Source of the DNA: Octopus bimaculoides
Taxonomy: Eukaryota
DNA length: 50,706 nucleotides
Direction: 5' to 3'
Assembly: GCF_001194135.2 (NCBI RefSeq)
Contig: NC_068991.1
Span: 49,697,031-49,747,736 of the forward strand
Shown: piece by piece, positions 1-11,122 of the stretch
How positions within the stretch are numbered: position 1 is the first letter of the stretch
Layout: each line of letters starts with the position of its first letter
Program-made: the position numbers and the translations under genes
Notes under the pieces: generated by a model
Database searches by the model: none
What the model was told of the DNA's origin: nothing
What the model saw: only the letters and a program-made list of their open reading frames with translations

Positions 1-66
1 CAAGTGATAACTATCTACAAAAAAAAAAGAGAGTGGGTGATGGGCATACGTGTACACAAACCTTTT

Positions 67-151
67 CATACATACATACATACATACATACATACATACA
101 TACATACATACATACATACATACGCATTTATACTATGCGTATATTCACACA

Positions 152-202
<51 letters not shown>
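67..202. repeat. (TACA)n then (TA)n microsatellites
   Basis: Direct reading: TACA x~14 (67-122) and TA run (158-202) ending at an N gap. Confidence 0.97.
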
Positions 203-214
203 NNNNNNNNNNAA

Positions 215-365
215 TGGATGTACTAGTTTAACGCTCGGGAATAGAGAAAGTCTTTAAGGTTTCGAGCCTACGCTCTTCAACAGAAAGGAACACAGAAAGA
301 AATAAGGAGAGAAAAAAAGAAGAGAAAAAAAGGAGAGAAAAATATGTGTAGTGGTCAGCGATCTA
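215..365 (-). mobile_element. Penelope-like element terminal-repeat (pLTR-like) module with decayed hammerhead motif
   Basis: Near-identical copy at 15482-15622. The minus strand of 252-287 reads CTTT-CTGTTGA-A-GAGC(GTAG)GCTC-GAAACCTT-AAAG, an HHR layout with substitutions. It lies 3' of a PLE GIY-YIG region on the same strand. Confidence 0.55.
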
Positions 366-1148
366 TCATGGCGAATGCCATGTTATAGCACTCTGAATAT
401 ATATACTCACACTCAAAATATATACATTTAATGAATTTATATTCATTTATCAGAAAGGTTAAGTTGTTAGAGTGATGTTATGGAAAGTTTAATATCTAGA
501 ATTGATCAGTTAAGAGGTCAAATAAAGAGAAAAGTTGAAACGAGGGAGTGAAGTGTAAAATAATAAAATATAATGAAATAAAATGTAGTAGAATATACGG
601 GAGCATATATTGGGTATTTGCTATAATGTAGCATAATATGTTTGTAATTATTAATTATTATCTAAATAAATAAGTAAATTGGAAATCATTTCATTATATG
701 TAAGAATAGCGTATTACGTTATATGAAGAAAAGCGCAGTATTTGTATTTATGATCGATTTTTTGCTAAGGTAGATTAGAAATATTTAGTAGTTACTCCAA
801 GTGTTGATATTTAAAGATAATTTAACAAATACGAATTATAATATAATTTGATTTACTCTGTAAAAAAAAAGAAAGAACGCTAGGAATTCATATGTAAGAT
901 GTTATTTATATATGCTACGAAAGAAATAAAATTGAAGCATTGTTGAAATATAGCCATTTAAATATATTATGTATATGTTAGAAATAAGTATATTTAGGCA
1001 AGATATTATGTATTTTAAATTGTACGAAATTATAGATATAAATGCTGGTTCTAATAAGGATATAATTAATTCAGTTTAAAATTTAGTAAAAATATCTATG
1101 GTTAATAAGGAACTTAACAATTAGTGATATTATTAATTAAAGAATGAC

Positions 1149-2161
1149 TAATGGTATTTATATAATAGATATTTAGGAGCGTGTAGGCAAGCCGAGAATT
1201 TTTCAACTCTCTCATTTAATAATTGTTTACTAGAAAAAAAGGATGTTATAGCACTCTGAAGTGCAGAGTTGACAATTTCTATCAGGTGGATGGTAAGATT
1301 TTGCAGAACATATAACCTTCCATCTAATTTTAAAACTGATATTGCTGTCTTTTAGTTCCTAGATGAATTTGCTAAGACTAGTCGAAGAACGTTTATTGGG
1401 GTTTCTAAAAGAACACTCATGCTTAGCCAATCTAAGTTTCATATATGATTCCATAGAACCAATGTAGAAAAAGAGTTTATCTTCAGCTTCTACTATAGCT
1501 TGGTAGACTAAATTCTTCCGTTTGCAATAGTTATTAAATTTACATTGCATTTTTAACCCTGCAATCACAAAACTTATCTCTAGAATTAGTAGGTGAGTTA
1601 TGGGCAGTAGGCTCCCTTTCGTTGTTTATATTAGAAAATTTGGACTTGGCTTTATCTGGTACATTATGTGTTTGTTTTTTATTGCGAATATTAAGTTTTC
1701 GCTTAGCGTAAAAATTATCTAATTTTGCATAATTCATATCTAAACAAATTACGGGAAACAGAATGACCAAATATAAAACGTCTATTCTGTATTATGTCAC
1801 TATATTTGTTTCTATTACGAGAGAAGTGTTTGTTTATTATTACGGATTTTTCGTAAAATATGCACAACAAAAATGTTTGTTACTCCTCTGTCAACTTTTT
1901 AATTTCTCCGCGTGAAAAACTTTTCAACGTTGTCCGCGTAAATTGTTTATTTTCTCGTGAAAATTTTTTTTTTCTTCAACGTTGTCCGCATGAATTGTTT
2001 ATATCCTCGTCACTACTGTTATAACGTGAGATCCTCGTCCATTTGTGTGTTATTGTCGGCACTGTAATATTCTTGTCACCACTGTTATGCTGTGGCGGTA
2101 TTCCGCGTCTTATTATCTTTGACTCGTCTATCGTGCTATCACTGATAGCTCCGCAAGACAA
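1149..2161 (-). pseudogene. Decayed, 5'-truncated Penelope-like retroelement ORF: RT thumb/linker + GIY-YIG endonuclease (Naiad-like)
   Basis: Frameshift-joined translation: ..RISRYNSSDEDI.. / IINKHFSRNRNKYSDII / CDCRVK(N)QCKFNNYCKRKNLVYQAIV..FYIGSMESYMKLRLAKHECSF..STSLSKFI*ELK / IRWKVICSAKSY..NCQLCTSECYNILF..LLNERVEKFSACLHAPKYLL. The VYQ/YIG, CxCx5C and CxxC..CxH motifs match PLE endonucleases. Confidence 0.8.
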
Positions 2162-2316
2162 TGACCTTGAAACGTCTACCTTGGCATTAACTTGAACTCT
2201 TATATATCACATAACTGACACTGACTCCAACTGAGAACTTGTACAACGACTCTACTGCTACTGTCTTGCTACAACGACTGACTGTGGGAAGGGGAGTACC
2301 ATTTTCACTACAACAC

Positions 2317-2883
2317 TTACATAAAGTTATTGCTTTATAAGATTGTTCAAAGTTGCCTGTCTTAGGTACTTCTCATTGATAAACGCCAACTAGCTTGAAA
2401 CACCGATGTCTAGAAATCCCGAAAGATGGCGACACTGAACAAATAGGGTTTTTTCACACCTTTTCACCATAAGAGAATATTTTCTCTACGGTAACTGCAG
2501 TGAATTTATCTTTCAGCTGTTGAAATATATCACAAACATATTTAAACTAGCCTAATTTCGCTAATGCTTAAACACAGCTTGGCGCTAATATTTCATTATT
2601 TTCCACGATTGGGCGATCGACCAGCGTAAATCAATTAACGTTGTGGACTGTATTTTACATAAAGCTATTGCTTTATAAGATTTGTTCAGAGTTGCCTGTC
2701 TTAGATACTTCTCATTGATAAAAGCCAGCCAGCTTGAAACATAGATGTCTGAGAATCCTGAAAGATGGCGACACTGAACAAATAGGGTGTTTTCACACAT
2801 TTTAGCAGTTGAAGTATGTTACAAACATATTTTAACTAACTTATATTTTGCTTATGCCTAAACACTGCTTGGCGCTAATATTT
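2317..2883. repeat. Diverged local tandem duplication (2317-2593 vs 2655-2883)
   Basis: Shared blocks TTACATAAAG.TATTGCTTTATAAGA, GAAAGATGGCGACACTGAACAAATAGGG and GCTTGGCGCTAATATTT. The second copy carries a ~50 bp deletion. Confidence 0.9.
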
Positions 2884-2895
2884 TGATATATAAAT

Positions 2896-2968
<73 letters not shown>

Positions 2969-3426
2969 NNNNNNNNNNNNNNNNNNNNNNNNNNNNNNNN
3001 NNNNNNNNNNNNNNNNNNNNNNNNNNNNNNNNNNNNNNNNNNNNNNNNNNNNNNNNNNNNNNNNNNNNNNNNNNNNNNNNNNNNNNNNNNNNNNNNNNNN
3101 NNNNNNNNNNNNNNNNNNNNNNNNNNNNNNNNNNNNNNNNNNNNNNNNNNNNNNNNNNNNNNNNNNNNNNNNNNNNNNNNNNNNNNNNNNNNNNNNNNNN
3201 NNNNNNNNNNNNNNNNNNNNNNNNNNNNNNNNNNNNNNNNNNNNNNNNNNNNNNNNNNNNNNNNNNNNNNNNNNNNNNNNNNNNNNNNNNNNNNNNNNNN
3301 NNNNNNNNNNNNNNNNNNNNNNNNNNNNNNNNNNNNNNNNNNNNNNNNNNNNNNNNNNNNNNNNNNNNNNNNNNNNNNNNNNNNNNNNNNNNNNNNNNNN
3401 NNNNNNNNNNNNNNNNNNNNNNNNNN

Positions 3427-3478
<52 letters not shown>

Positions 3479-3672
3479 GTATTGGTATCCAGAAGACCCA
3501 AGATGGCAGATAAGGTTATGTAAGTGATACGGGAGGACCGTAGTTAGACTCTCGGTTCGATAATAATACGAGTCTAATGCGGGTCTTGTGTAAGCATGTA
3601 TATGTTAAATAAAATGAGACAACAAAGCCAAGGTTGTGTGGAATTTATAAGACATTTATAAAGGGAAAGGTA

Positions 3673-3717
3673 GTCTTACAGTTTCTGGGATATTAGAGAT
3701 ATCCCTTCATCAGAGAC
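3673..3717 (-). ncRNA. Near-consensus type I hammerhead ribozyme motif (PLE-type)
   Basis: Minus strand: GTCT-CTGATGA-A-GGGATAT(CTCTA)ATATCCC-A-GAAAC-T-GTA-AGAC. Stem I is 4 bp, stem II 7 bp, the triplet is GUA, and stem III is minimal or degenerate. Confidence 0.55.
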
Positions 3718-4029
3718 GATATAAGAGAGTTAACTAGAGGGAAATAGTTGAGTCAATATAAGGAGTTATTTTGGAAAAGGATGGATATAGGAAGTATAAA
3801 GAGAAATAAAAGAATAAAAATGAAAGTAAAACTATATGTAGGATGTTACAGTTGAAGTTCCATTATCCAAGGAAAGTGCTGCGTAGAATGGATAAAAATG
3901 CTTCTTGTCCATGGTATGTAAATTTCGATAGGAATTCATATTTTGTTATTACGATTGGATAGTGTGGAGACATAAATTCCATGTGCTGTTCATTCAAAAG
4001 GGTTTTGTGGTGTACTCCTATCTGCAGCC

Positions 4030-4151
4030 TTGCTAGAGCACCACCTTGAAAGGTTTTAGTCGACCAAATCGACCCCAGGACTTATTTTCCTTTAAGCCTA
4101 GTACTTATTTTATCAGTCTCTTTTGCCAAACCACTAAATTACGGGAATATA
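4030..4151 (-). mobile_element. Octopus-type tRNA SINE, 3' body fragment
   Basis: Reverse-complement match to the 3' half of the SINE at 7260-7675 (GAGCACCACC..GTCGACC..AGTACTTATT..TTACGGG), truncated by a gap. Confidence 0.8.
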
Positions 4152-4772
4152 NNNNNNNNNNNNNNNNNNNNNNNNNNNNNNNNNNNNNNNNNNNNNNNNN
4201 NNNNNNNNNNNNNNNNNNNNNNNNNNNNNNNNNNNNNNNNNNNNNNNNNNNNNNNNNNNNNNNNNNNNNNNNNNNNNNNNNNNNNNNNNNNNNNNNNNNN
4301 NNNNNNNNNNNNNNNNNNNNNNNNNNNNNNNNNNNNNNNNNNNNNNNNNNNNNNNNNNNNNNNNNNNNNNNNNNNNNNNNNNNNNNNNNNNNNNNNNNNN
4401 NNNNNNNNNNNNNNNNNNNNNNNNNNNNNNNNNNNNNNNNNNNNNNNNNNNNNNNNNNNNNNNNNNNNNNNNNNNNNNNNNNNNNNNNNNNNNNNNNNNN
4501 NNNNNNNNNNNNNNNNNNNNNNNNNNNNNNNNNNNNNNNNNNNNNNNNNNNNNNNNNNNNNNNNNNNNNNNNNNNNNNNNNNNNNNNNNNNNNNNNNNNN
4601 NNNNNNNNNNNNNNNNNNNNNNNNNNNNNNNNNNNNNNNNNNNNNNNNNNNNNNNNNNNNNNNNNNNNNNNNNNNNNNNNNNNNNNNNNNNNNNNNNNNN
4701 NNNNNNNNNNNNNNNNNNNNNNNNNNNNNNNNNNNNNNNNNNNNNNNNNNNNNNNNNNNNNNNNNNNNNNNN

Positions 4773-5585
4773 AAAGGATCACAAAAGTACAGCTCCCAAA
4801 ATTACTGCAGATCTTAATGACCACCTCGAGAACCCATTTTCCACAAAAACTGTTCGCCGGGAGCTGCACAAAAACCACTACTTTCAAAAACAAACGTAGC
4901 AATGCGTTTAGAGTGGAGTAAAAACCTACAGAATTGGCCGCTAAAGCAGTGGAAGATTGTTATTTTCTCGGACGAGTCATCCTTTACCTTATTTCCGAGT
5001 ATACATGTGGAGACAGCTAAATTAAGCCTTTGACTCAAACTGCTTTCTTCCAACTGTTAAACATGAAGGAGGATCTGTGATGATCTGGGGGCTATATCTT
5101 GAAAATCCGCCGCCGCAAAGGTTTCCCTTCATGGCAAAATTAATTGTCAAGACTATTTAAGCATTTAATCTGATCGAATTCATCTTATGGTTGCGGAATT
5201 GTTTCCGGAGGGTAACGCAATCTTTCAGGATGATAATACACCAATTCATACAGCGAAAGTTGTTACTCAATGGCACGAGGAACATTCTAGTGAAGTTGAA
5301 CATCTTATAAGGCCACCACAGTCCCCAGATCTCAATATTATTGAACATTTATGGTGCATTTTAGAAAAACAAGTAAGGGTTTGATATTCTCCACCATCAA
5401 TACTACAAGAAGTGGAGACTGTTTTAGCTGAAGAATGGACAAAAATTCCTTTAGAAACAATTCAAACTTTGTACGAGTCCATACCTCACAGAATTCAAGC
5501 TGTAATTACTGCCAAAGACGGTCCTACCACATATTAAAATAAATTTGAAATCTTAAGGTGTTCCCACTATTTTGTCCAACCCCTG
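4773..5585 (+). mobile_element. Tc1-family transposon, decayed, 3' part, DD36E catalytic spacing
   Basis: Frameshifted transposase: KDHKSTAPKITADLNDHLENPFSTKTVRRELH, IFSDES, FQDDNTPIH..PPQSPDLNIIEHLW. The 3' TIR ends ATTTTGTCCAACCCCTG followed by TA. The 5' end lies in the gap. Confidence 0.88.
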
Positions 5586-5869
5586 TATGTATATATGTAT
5601 ATATATATATATATATATATAACAAATTAAAAGGGTAAAGGTTTATCAATTTATTAATTTATTAATAAATCAACAATTAATAATTTTTACCAAGCCCTTC
5701 GGTATGTAAACACCATTATCGGTGGAGAACTTATTTAAAAGTTCCTATACATTTATAAGTAATGCTATCTGTTACAAGTAATGCTATCTGTTGGAGTCTC
5801 AGCTTTTTTAGCTGTTATTTCTGAACTTCGGTATGTGGTGAAGCAAATGCTTGCTGATCCCTTAATTAT

Positions 5870-5872
<3 letters not shown>

Positions 5873-5932
<60 letters not shown>
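5873..5932. repeat. (TA)n microsatellite
   Basis: Direct reading. Confidence 0.97.
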
Positions 5933-5937
<5 letters not shown>

Positions 5938-7259
5938 CATATACGCTTATACTCACACATACACACACTCACAGACAAAAATATATATACACACACATAC
6001 ACATACATACACGCACACGCATACCCACGCACAAACACACACACATATATATATATAATATATGCACATATATATGTTGGTGTACGTGCGTATGTGTTGT
6101 ATATCTAAGTGTGCACGTGAGTATATGTCTCCGTTTGTATGTCTATATGATGTGTTTTATGTGTGTCTTTGCATGTGTTTGCATGTCAGGAAACGAGTTT
6201 ATATCTAAAATAGTAAGTAGATACATTGATAAATGACGACAGAACGATGTGGTGAAGTGGCAGAGAGAGTGTGAGGCAGGGGAGAAAAAGAGGAGAGAAA
6301 AGAGTGAATGTAAAAGGGTGTGTCAAAACTGGTTGCCAGATGGATAAAAAAAATGTCTCCTTTTCTATGAACAGGGTGTGGCCTACATCCTGGTACCTAT
6401 TTTCCCCACCCTCATCTTGCTTTAATTGCTGTTTGAGTCTCAAAGAGTTATCTAGAGAAACAGTTGCAAAGTCAACTGAGTACATTTTTGGATGACGCAA
6501 AAGCATTAATTACATAGCACACATATACATGCAAACGCATACGCACAAACGTGTACACATATATACACACACAAGCACAAATTTACGCATGCGCACGTAC
6601 AGTGTTCTTCGGATGTTGTTTGAGTGGACTGTCGGATGCCGTATATGGACTGTCGGGTGCCGTAAATAAATAAGTAGATAAATAAAATGCTGCAAATGAG
6701 GGTAGTCACATAAGGCGAGAAATATTTTCCAACAAACCGCAACTACCCACAGATACCATCACAGTTCTTTTCTGATTTCAATTGCACCGTGTGACACGAT
6801 TTTTGTCCTTGGGTAGCAACTGTTATTTCATATTTGTTTACCCCTAGAAAGTATGAAAAATGAATATTTCCTTCAAACTTTGCTTTTATTGTGATATTTA
6901 TTCAAACCCTAAAGAATCCCTCTCAGCATATGGCATGGTGTCCACCTCCCCATTACTCCAACTCATCATCAGAGATGTGCATATTGTCAGCCACTAAGGG
7001 ACATATTCAAGCTGTTAAGATCGAGTAACTGACAAGCAAATCTGTGGTATTGAGCAGAATATTTGCTATAACGCTATTTCTACTCCAGCAGCTCAGCATT
7101 GAATCTCTAAAATGTAATGGATTGATCGGTTTCAAAACATTGATGTCCATGTCACAAAAGCAAAGTTTGAAGGGAATAGTAGTCATTTCCTTTGATTTCT
7201 AAATAGAATCAAATAGGAAATAATGCTTATTCACCAAAGACAAAAAAAATTTTAATTCT

Positions 7260-7675
7260 GGCACAGGAGTGGCTGTGTGGTAAGTAGCTTGCTTACCAAC
7301 CACATGGCTTCGGGTTCAGTCCCACTGCGTGGCATCTTGGGCAAGTGTTTTCTACTATAGCCTCGGGCCGACCTAAGCCTTGTGAGTGGATTTGGTAGAC
7401 GGAAACTGAAAGAAGCCCATCGTATATATGTATATGTATATATGTATGTGTGTATGTGTTTGTGTGTCTGTATTTGTCCCCCCAACATGGCTTGACAACC
7501 GAAGCTGGTGTGTTTACGTCCCCGTAACTTAGCGGTTCGGCAATAGAGACCGATAGAATAAGTACTAGGCTTCCAAAGAATAAGTCCTGGGGTCGATTTG
7601 CTCGACTAAAGGCGGTGCTCCAGCATGGCTGTAGTCAAAAAGACTGAAACAAGTAAAAGAGTAAAGAGTAAAGAG
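7260..7675 (+). mobile_element. Octopus-type tRNA-derived SINE, full length
   Basis: tRNA-like head with A box (TGGCTGTGTGG) and B box (GGTTCAGTCC), internal (TATG/TG)n, conserved 3' body and (AAAGAGT)n tail. At least 8 related copies occur in the window. It resembles the OK/OR-type Octopus SINEs; the exact family is not verified. Confidence 0.9.
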
Positions 7676-8192
7676 AGTGTTTTCAGCCAAGACTGAATAA
7701 TGAGCCCTTTTATTCACACAGAATTTAATTGTTCTCACCCATCTATCGTAAAATGTAATGACAGCTAGAACATCTTTCTCTACCCTTATCTATCACTTTG
7801 TTTGATACTCGAGAAAACTGACGAGCAAATGAGATTAGGATTAAATCATTATACAACAATTTAAGCAGTTTTTTTTATTACCGTAACGGTAAAATAAAGT
7901 TCATTGCAAATATTATTTTCGTCTGTCGAAAACAACCAACTCATCCATTACATTCTTGGTGATATTCTTGATATATTTACCAAGCATCCTTCCAAATACT
8001 GTATTTGACGACGCGCACGTTGGAAAGACCAGATATATAGTCTTTTCAACTTGTTAAACTTCAATATACAAACCGTCGTATTTCTCTACAAACCGTCACA
8101 CACACACACACACGCACAAATGGCCGAAGACTAGTGACACGCTTGAAACTCAGAGTACCAAGATGTTTCAATCAAACTGTTTTGATCTATAT

Positions 8193-8251
<59 letters not shown>

Positions 8252-9009
8252 NNNNNNNNNNNNNNNNNNNNNNNNNNNNNNNNNNNNNNNNNNNNNNNNN
8301 NNNNNNNNNNNNNNNNNNNNNNNNNNNNNNNNNNNNNNNNNNNNNNNNNNNNNNNNNNNNNNNNNNNNNNNNNNNNNNNNNNNNNNNNNNNNNNNNNNNN
8401 NNNNNNNNNNNNNNNNNNNNNNNNNNNNNNNNNNNNNNNNNNNNNNNNNNNNNNNNNNNNNNNNNNNNNNNNNNNNNNNNNNNNNNNNNNNNNNNNNNNN
8501 NNNNNNNNNNNNNNNNNNNNNNNNNNNNNNNNNNNNNNNNNNNNNNNNNNNNNNNNNNNNNNNNNNNNNNNNNNNNNNNNNNNNNNNNNNNNNNNNNNNN
8601 NNNNNNNNNNNNNNNNNNNNNNNNNNNNNNNNNNNNNNNNNNNNNNNNNNNNNNNNNNNNNNNNNNNNNNNNNNNNNNNNNNNNNNNNNNNNNNNNNNNN
8701 NNNNNNNNNNNNNNNNNNNNNNNNNNNNNNNNNNNNNNNNNNNNNNNNNNNNNNNNNNNNNNNNNNNNNNNNNNNNNNNNNNNNNNNNNNNNNNNNNNNN
8801 NNNNNNNNNNNNNNNNNNNNNNNNNNNNNNNNNNNNNNNNNNNNNNNNNNNNNNNNNNNNNNNNNNNNNNNNNNNNNNNNNNNNNNNNNNNNNNNNNNNN
8901 NNNNNNNNNNNNNNNNNNNNNNNNNNNNNNNNNNNNNNNNNNNNNNNNNNNNNNNNNNNNNNNNNNNNNNNNNNNNNNNNNNNNNNNNNNNNNNNNNNNN
9001 NNNNNNNNN

Positions 9010-9665
9010 TGGTGCAGAGTCCTGTTGCCAGACACATGGTCTTCCAGCAGCCACCCTCTTGGCCCAGGGTAGCACTACCTCCTCCATGCACTTGATGAAA
9101 GCCTCTGTGTTGAGTCTGAGGCTGTGTGGGAAGAGGAATAGAGGCATTACGTCGGCATCATTGGTAATCACTCCAAACACCATAATGCTGACTGGATGTT
9201 TGATTTTCATCACTCTCGGTACGTTTTGGGGACACGGCAAACCAACGGTTGTTCTGTGTGTTCACCATCTGATCCGAGCAGAAATTTTTCGCGTCTGAGA
9301 AAAACCAAAGCATGCTTCGCTGGAGGGGATGCTTGACTTTGTTCAAAGGTTTCGTAGCTCGATCTTTCCTCTTGTCCTTGATGACTTGGGATAAAAATTG
9401 ACCCTTCTTCATCTGGTATGAGGAATACCAAATGTCCTCATGTACTACTTGCCTGATAAAAAAACTCAGACACTCCGATGTCCCTCATTGATTTGGAGGG
9501 ATCGTTGATAATCAGGGCCTGGGTCTCAACAACAAATTCAGTTTTTCTCTTATCAGAACGGTCAGAATGGGTTTTCCGAGCTGCCGTACCTTAGTAATCA
9601 CCACTAAACTCATCTAGCTCTTTCCGAATCCTCTGTAGCCCTCAAATTGACACCCAAATACTCTG
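9010..9665 (-). mobile_element. maT/DD37D-like Tc1-mariner transposon fragment
   Basis: Frameshifted transposase: LWFFSDAKNF..NTQNNRW, KHPVSIMVFGVIT, LNTEAFIKCMEEVVLPW, VWQQDSAP. The third catalytic residue falls in the gap. Confidence 0.7.
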
Positions 9666-9705
9666 AAATATATGTATGTGTGTGCGTGTGTGTGTCTGTG
9701 CGTAT

Positions 9706-9742
<37 letters not shown>

Positions 9743-10108
9743 TATATATATATATAAGATACGAGGAGTTTTCGTCAGGCTGGCTCAAACTTATAGGCAT
9801 GCAATAAGAGTGTTCAATTTGGTATGCCACACGATCTTGTGACTGCCTTTCTATAGCGGCTAGAAGTGGCTTCCCCTTGAGTCGGTAGGTATAGATTAAA
9901 GCAGAAATGAAAAGGCAAACGGTTTGGCAAGACTTGACAAGGACATTTAACTTAGCTATATAATAAAAAGTATACATAGTCACTAACAGGTTTTTCTAGA
10001 ATACCCAAGCTACTGAAACATTGTGTAGAGCGTGGATTCCATAGGCTGAGTATTCCGTCATCGGAGAAGAAAAGGTTAAACACATGTAACAGTCCTATAA
10101 CACACACA

Positions 10109-10152
<44 letters not shown>

Positions 10153-11122
10153 CTCATATATATATGNNNNNNNNNNNNNNNNNNNNNNNNNNNNNNNNNN
10201 NNNNNNNNNNNNNNNNNNNNNNNNNNNNNNNNNNNNNNNNNNNNNNNNNNNNNNNNNNNNNNNNNNNNNNNNNNNNNNNNNNNNNNNNNNNNNNNNNNNN
10301 NNNNNNNNNNNNNNNNNNNNNNNNNNNNNNNNNNNNNNNNNNNNNNNNNNNNNNNNNNNNNNNNNNNNNNNNNNNNNNNNNNNNNNNNNNNNNNNNNNNN
10401 NNNNNNNNNNNNNNNNNNNNNNNNNNNNNNNNNNNNNNNNNNNNNNNNNNNNNNNNNNNNNNNNNNNNNNNNNNNNNNNNNNNNNNNNNNNNNNNNNNNN
10501 NNNNNNNNNNNNNNNNNNNNNNNNNNNNNNNNNNNNNNNNNNNNNNNNNNNNNNNNNNNNNNNNNNNNNNNNNNNNNNNNNNNNNNNNNNNNNNNNNNNN
10601 NNNNNNNNNNNNNNNNNNNNNNNNNNNNNNNNNNNNNNNNNNNNNNNNNNNNNNNNNNNNNNNNNNNNNNNNNNNNNNNNNNNNNNNNNNNNNNNNNNNN
10701 NNNNNNNNNNNNNNNNNNNNNNNNNNNNNNNNNNNNNNNNNNNNNNNNNNNNNNNNNNNNNNNNNNNNNNNNNNNNNNNNNNNNNNNNNNNNNNNNNNNN
10801 NNNNNNNNNNNNNNNNNNNNNNNNNNNNNNNNNNNNNNNNNNNNNNNNNNNNNNNNNNNNNNNNNNNNNNNNNNNNNNNNNNNNNNNNNNNNNNNNNNNN
10901 NNNNNNNNNNNNNNNNNNNNNNNNNNNNNNNNNNNNNNNNNNNNNNNNNNNNNNNNNNNNNNNNNNNNNNNNNNNNNNNNNNNNNNNNNNNNNNNNNNNN
11001 NNNNNNNNNNNNNNNNNNNNNNNNNNNNNNNNNNNNNNNNNNNNNNNNNNNNNNNNNNNNNNNNNNNNNNNNNNNNNNGTATGTATGCATGTATGTATAT
11101 ATGTATGTATGTATGTATACTC

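Noticed and set aside
1149-2161. Idea of a stand-alone, RT-less GIY-YIG element
   Set aside because: Upstream frames contain PLE RT thumb/linker-like sequence (RISRYNSS.E, IINKHF), so a 5'-truncated ordinary PLE is the simpler reading.
2140-2180. GAAACGTC resembling an HHR 3' half
   Set aside because: There is no CUGANGA at the right spacing and no stem I partner.
6186-6506. Two overlapping ORFs in unique-looking sequence
   Set aside because: No recognisable domain, no convincing acceptor-donor pair, and partly GA-rich low complexity.
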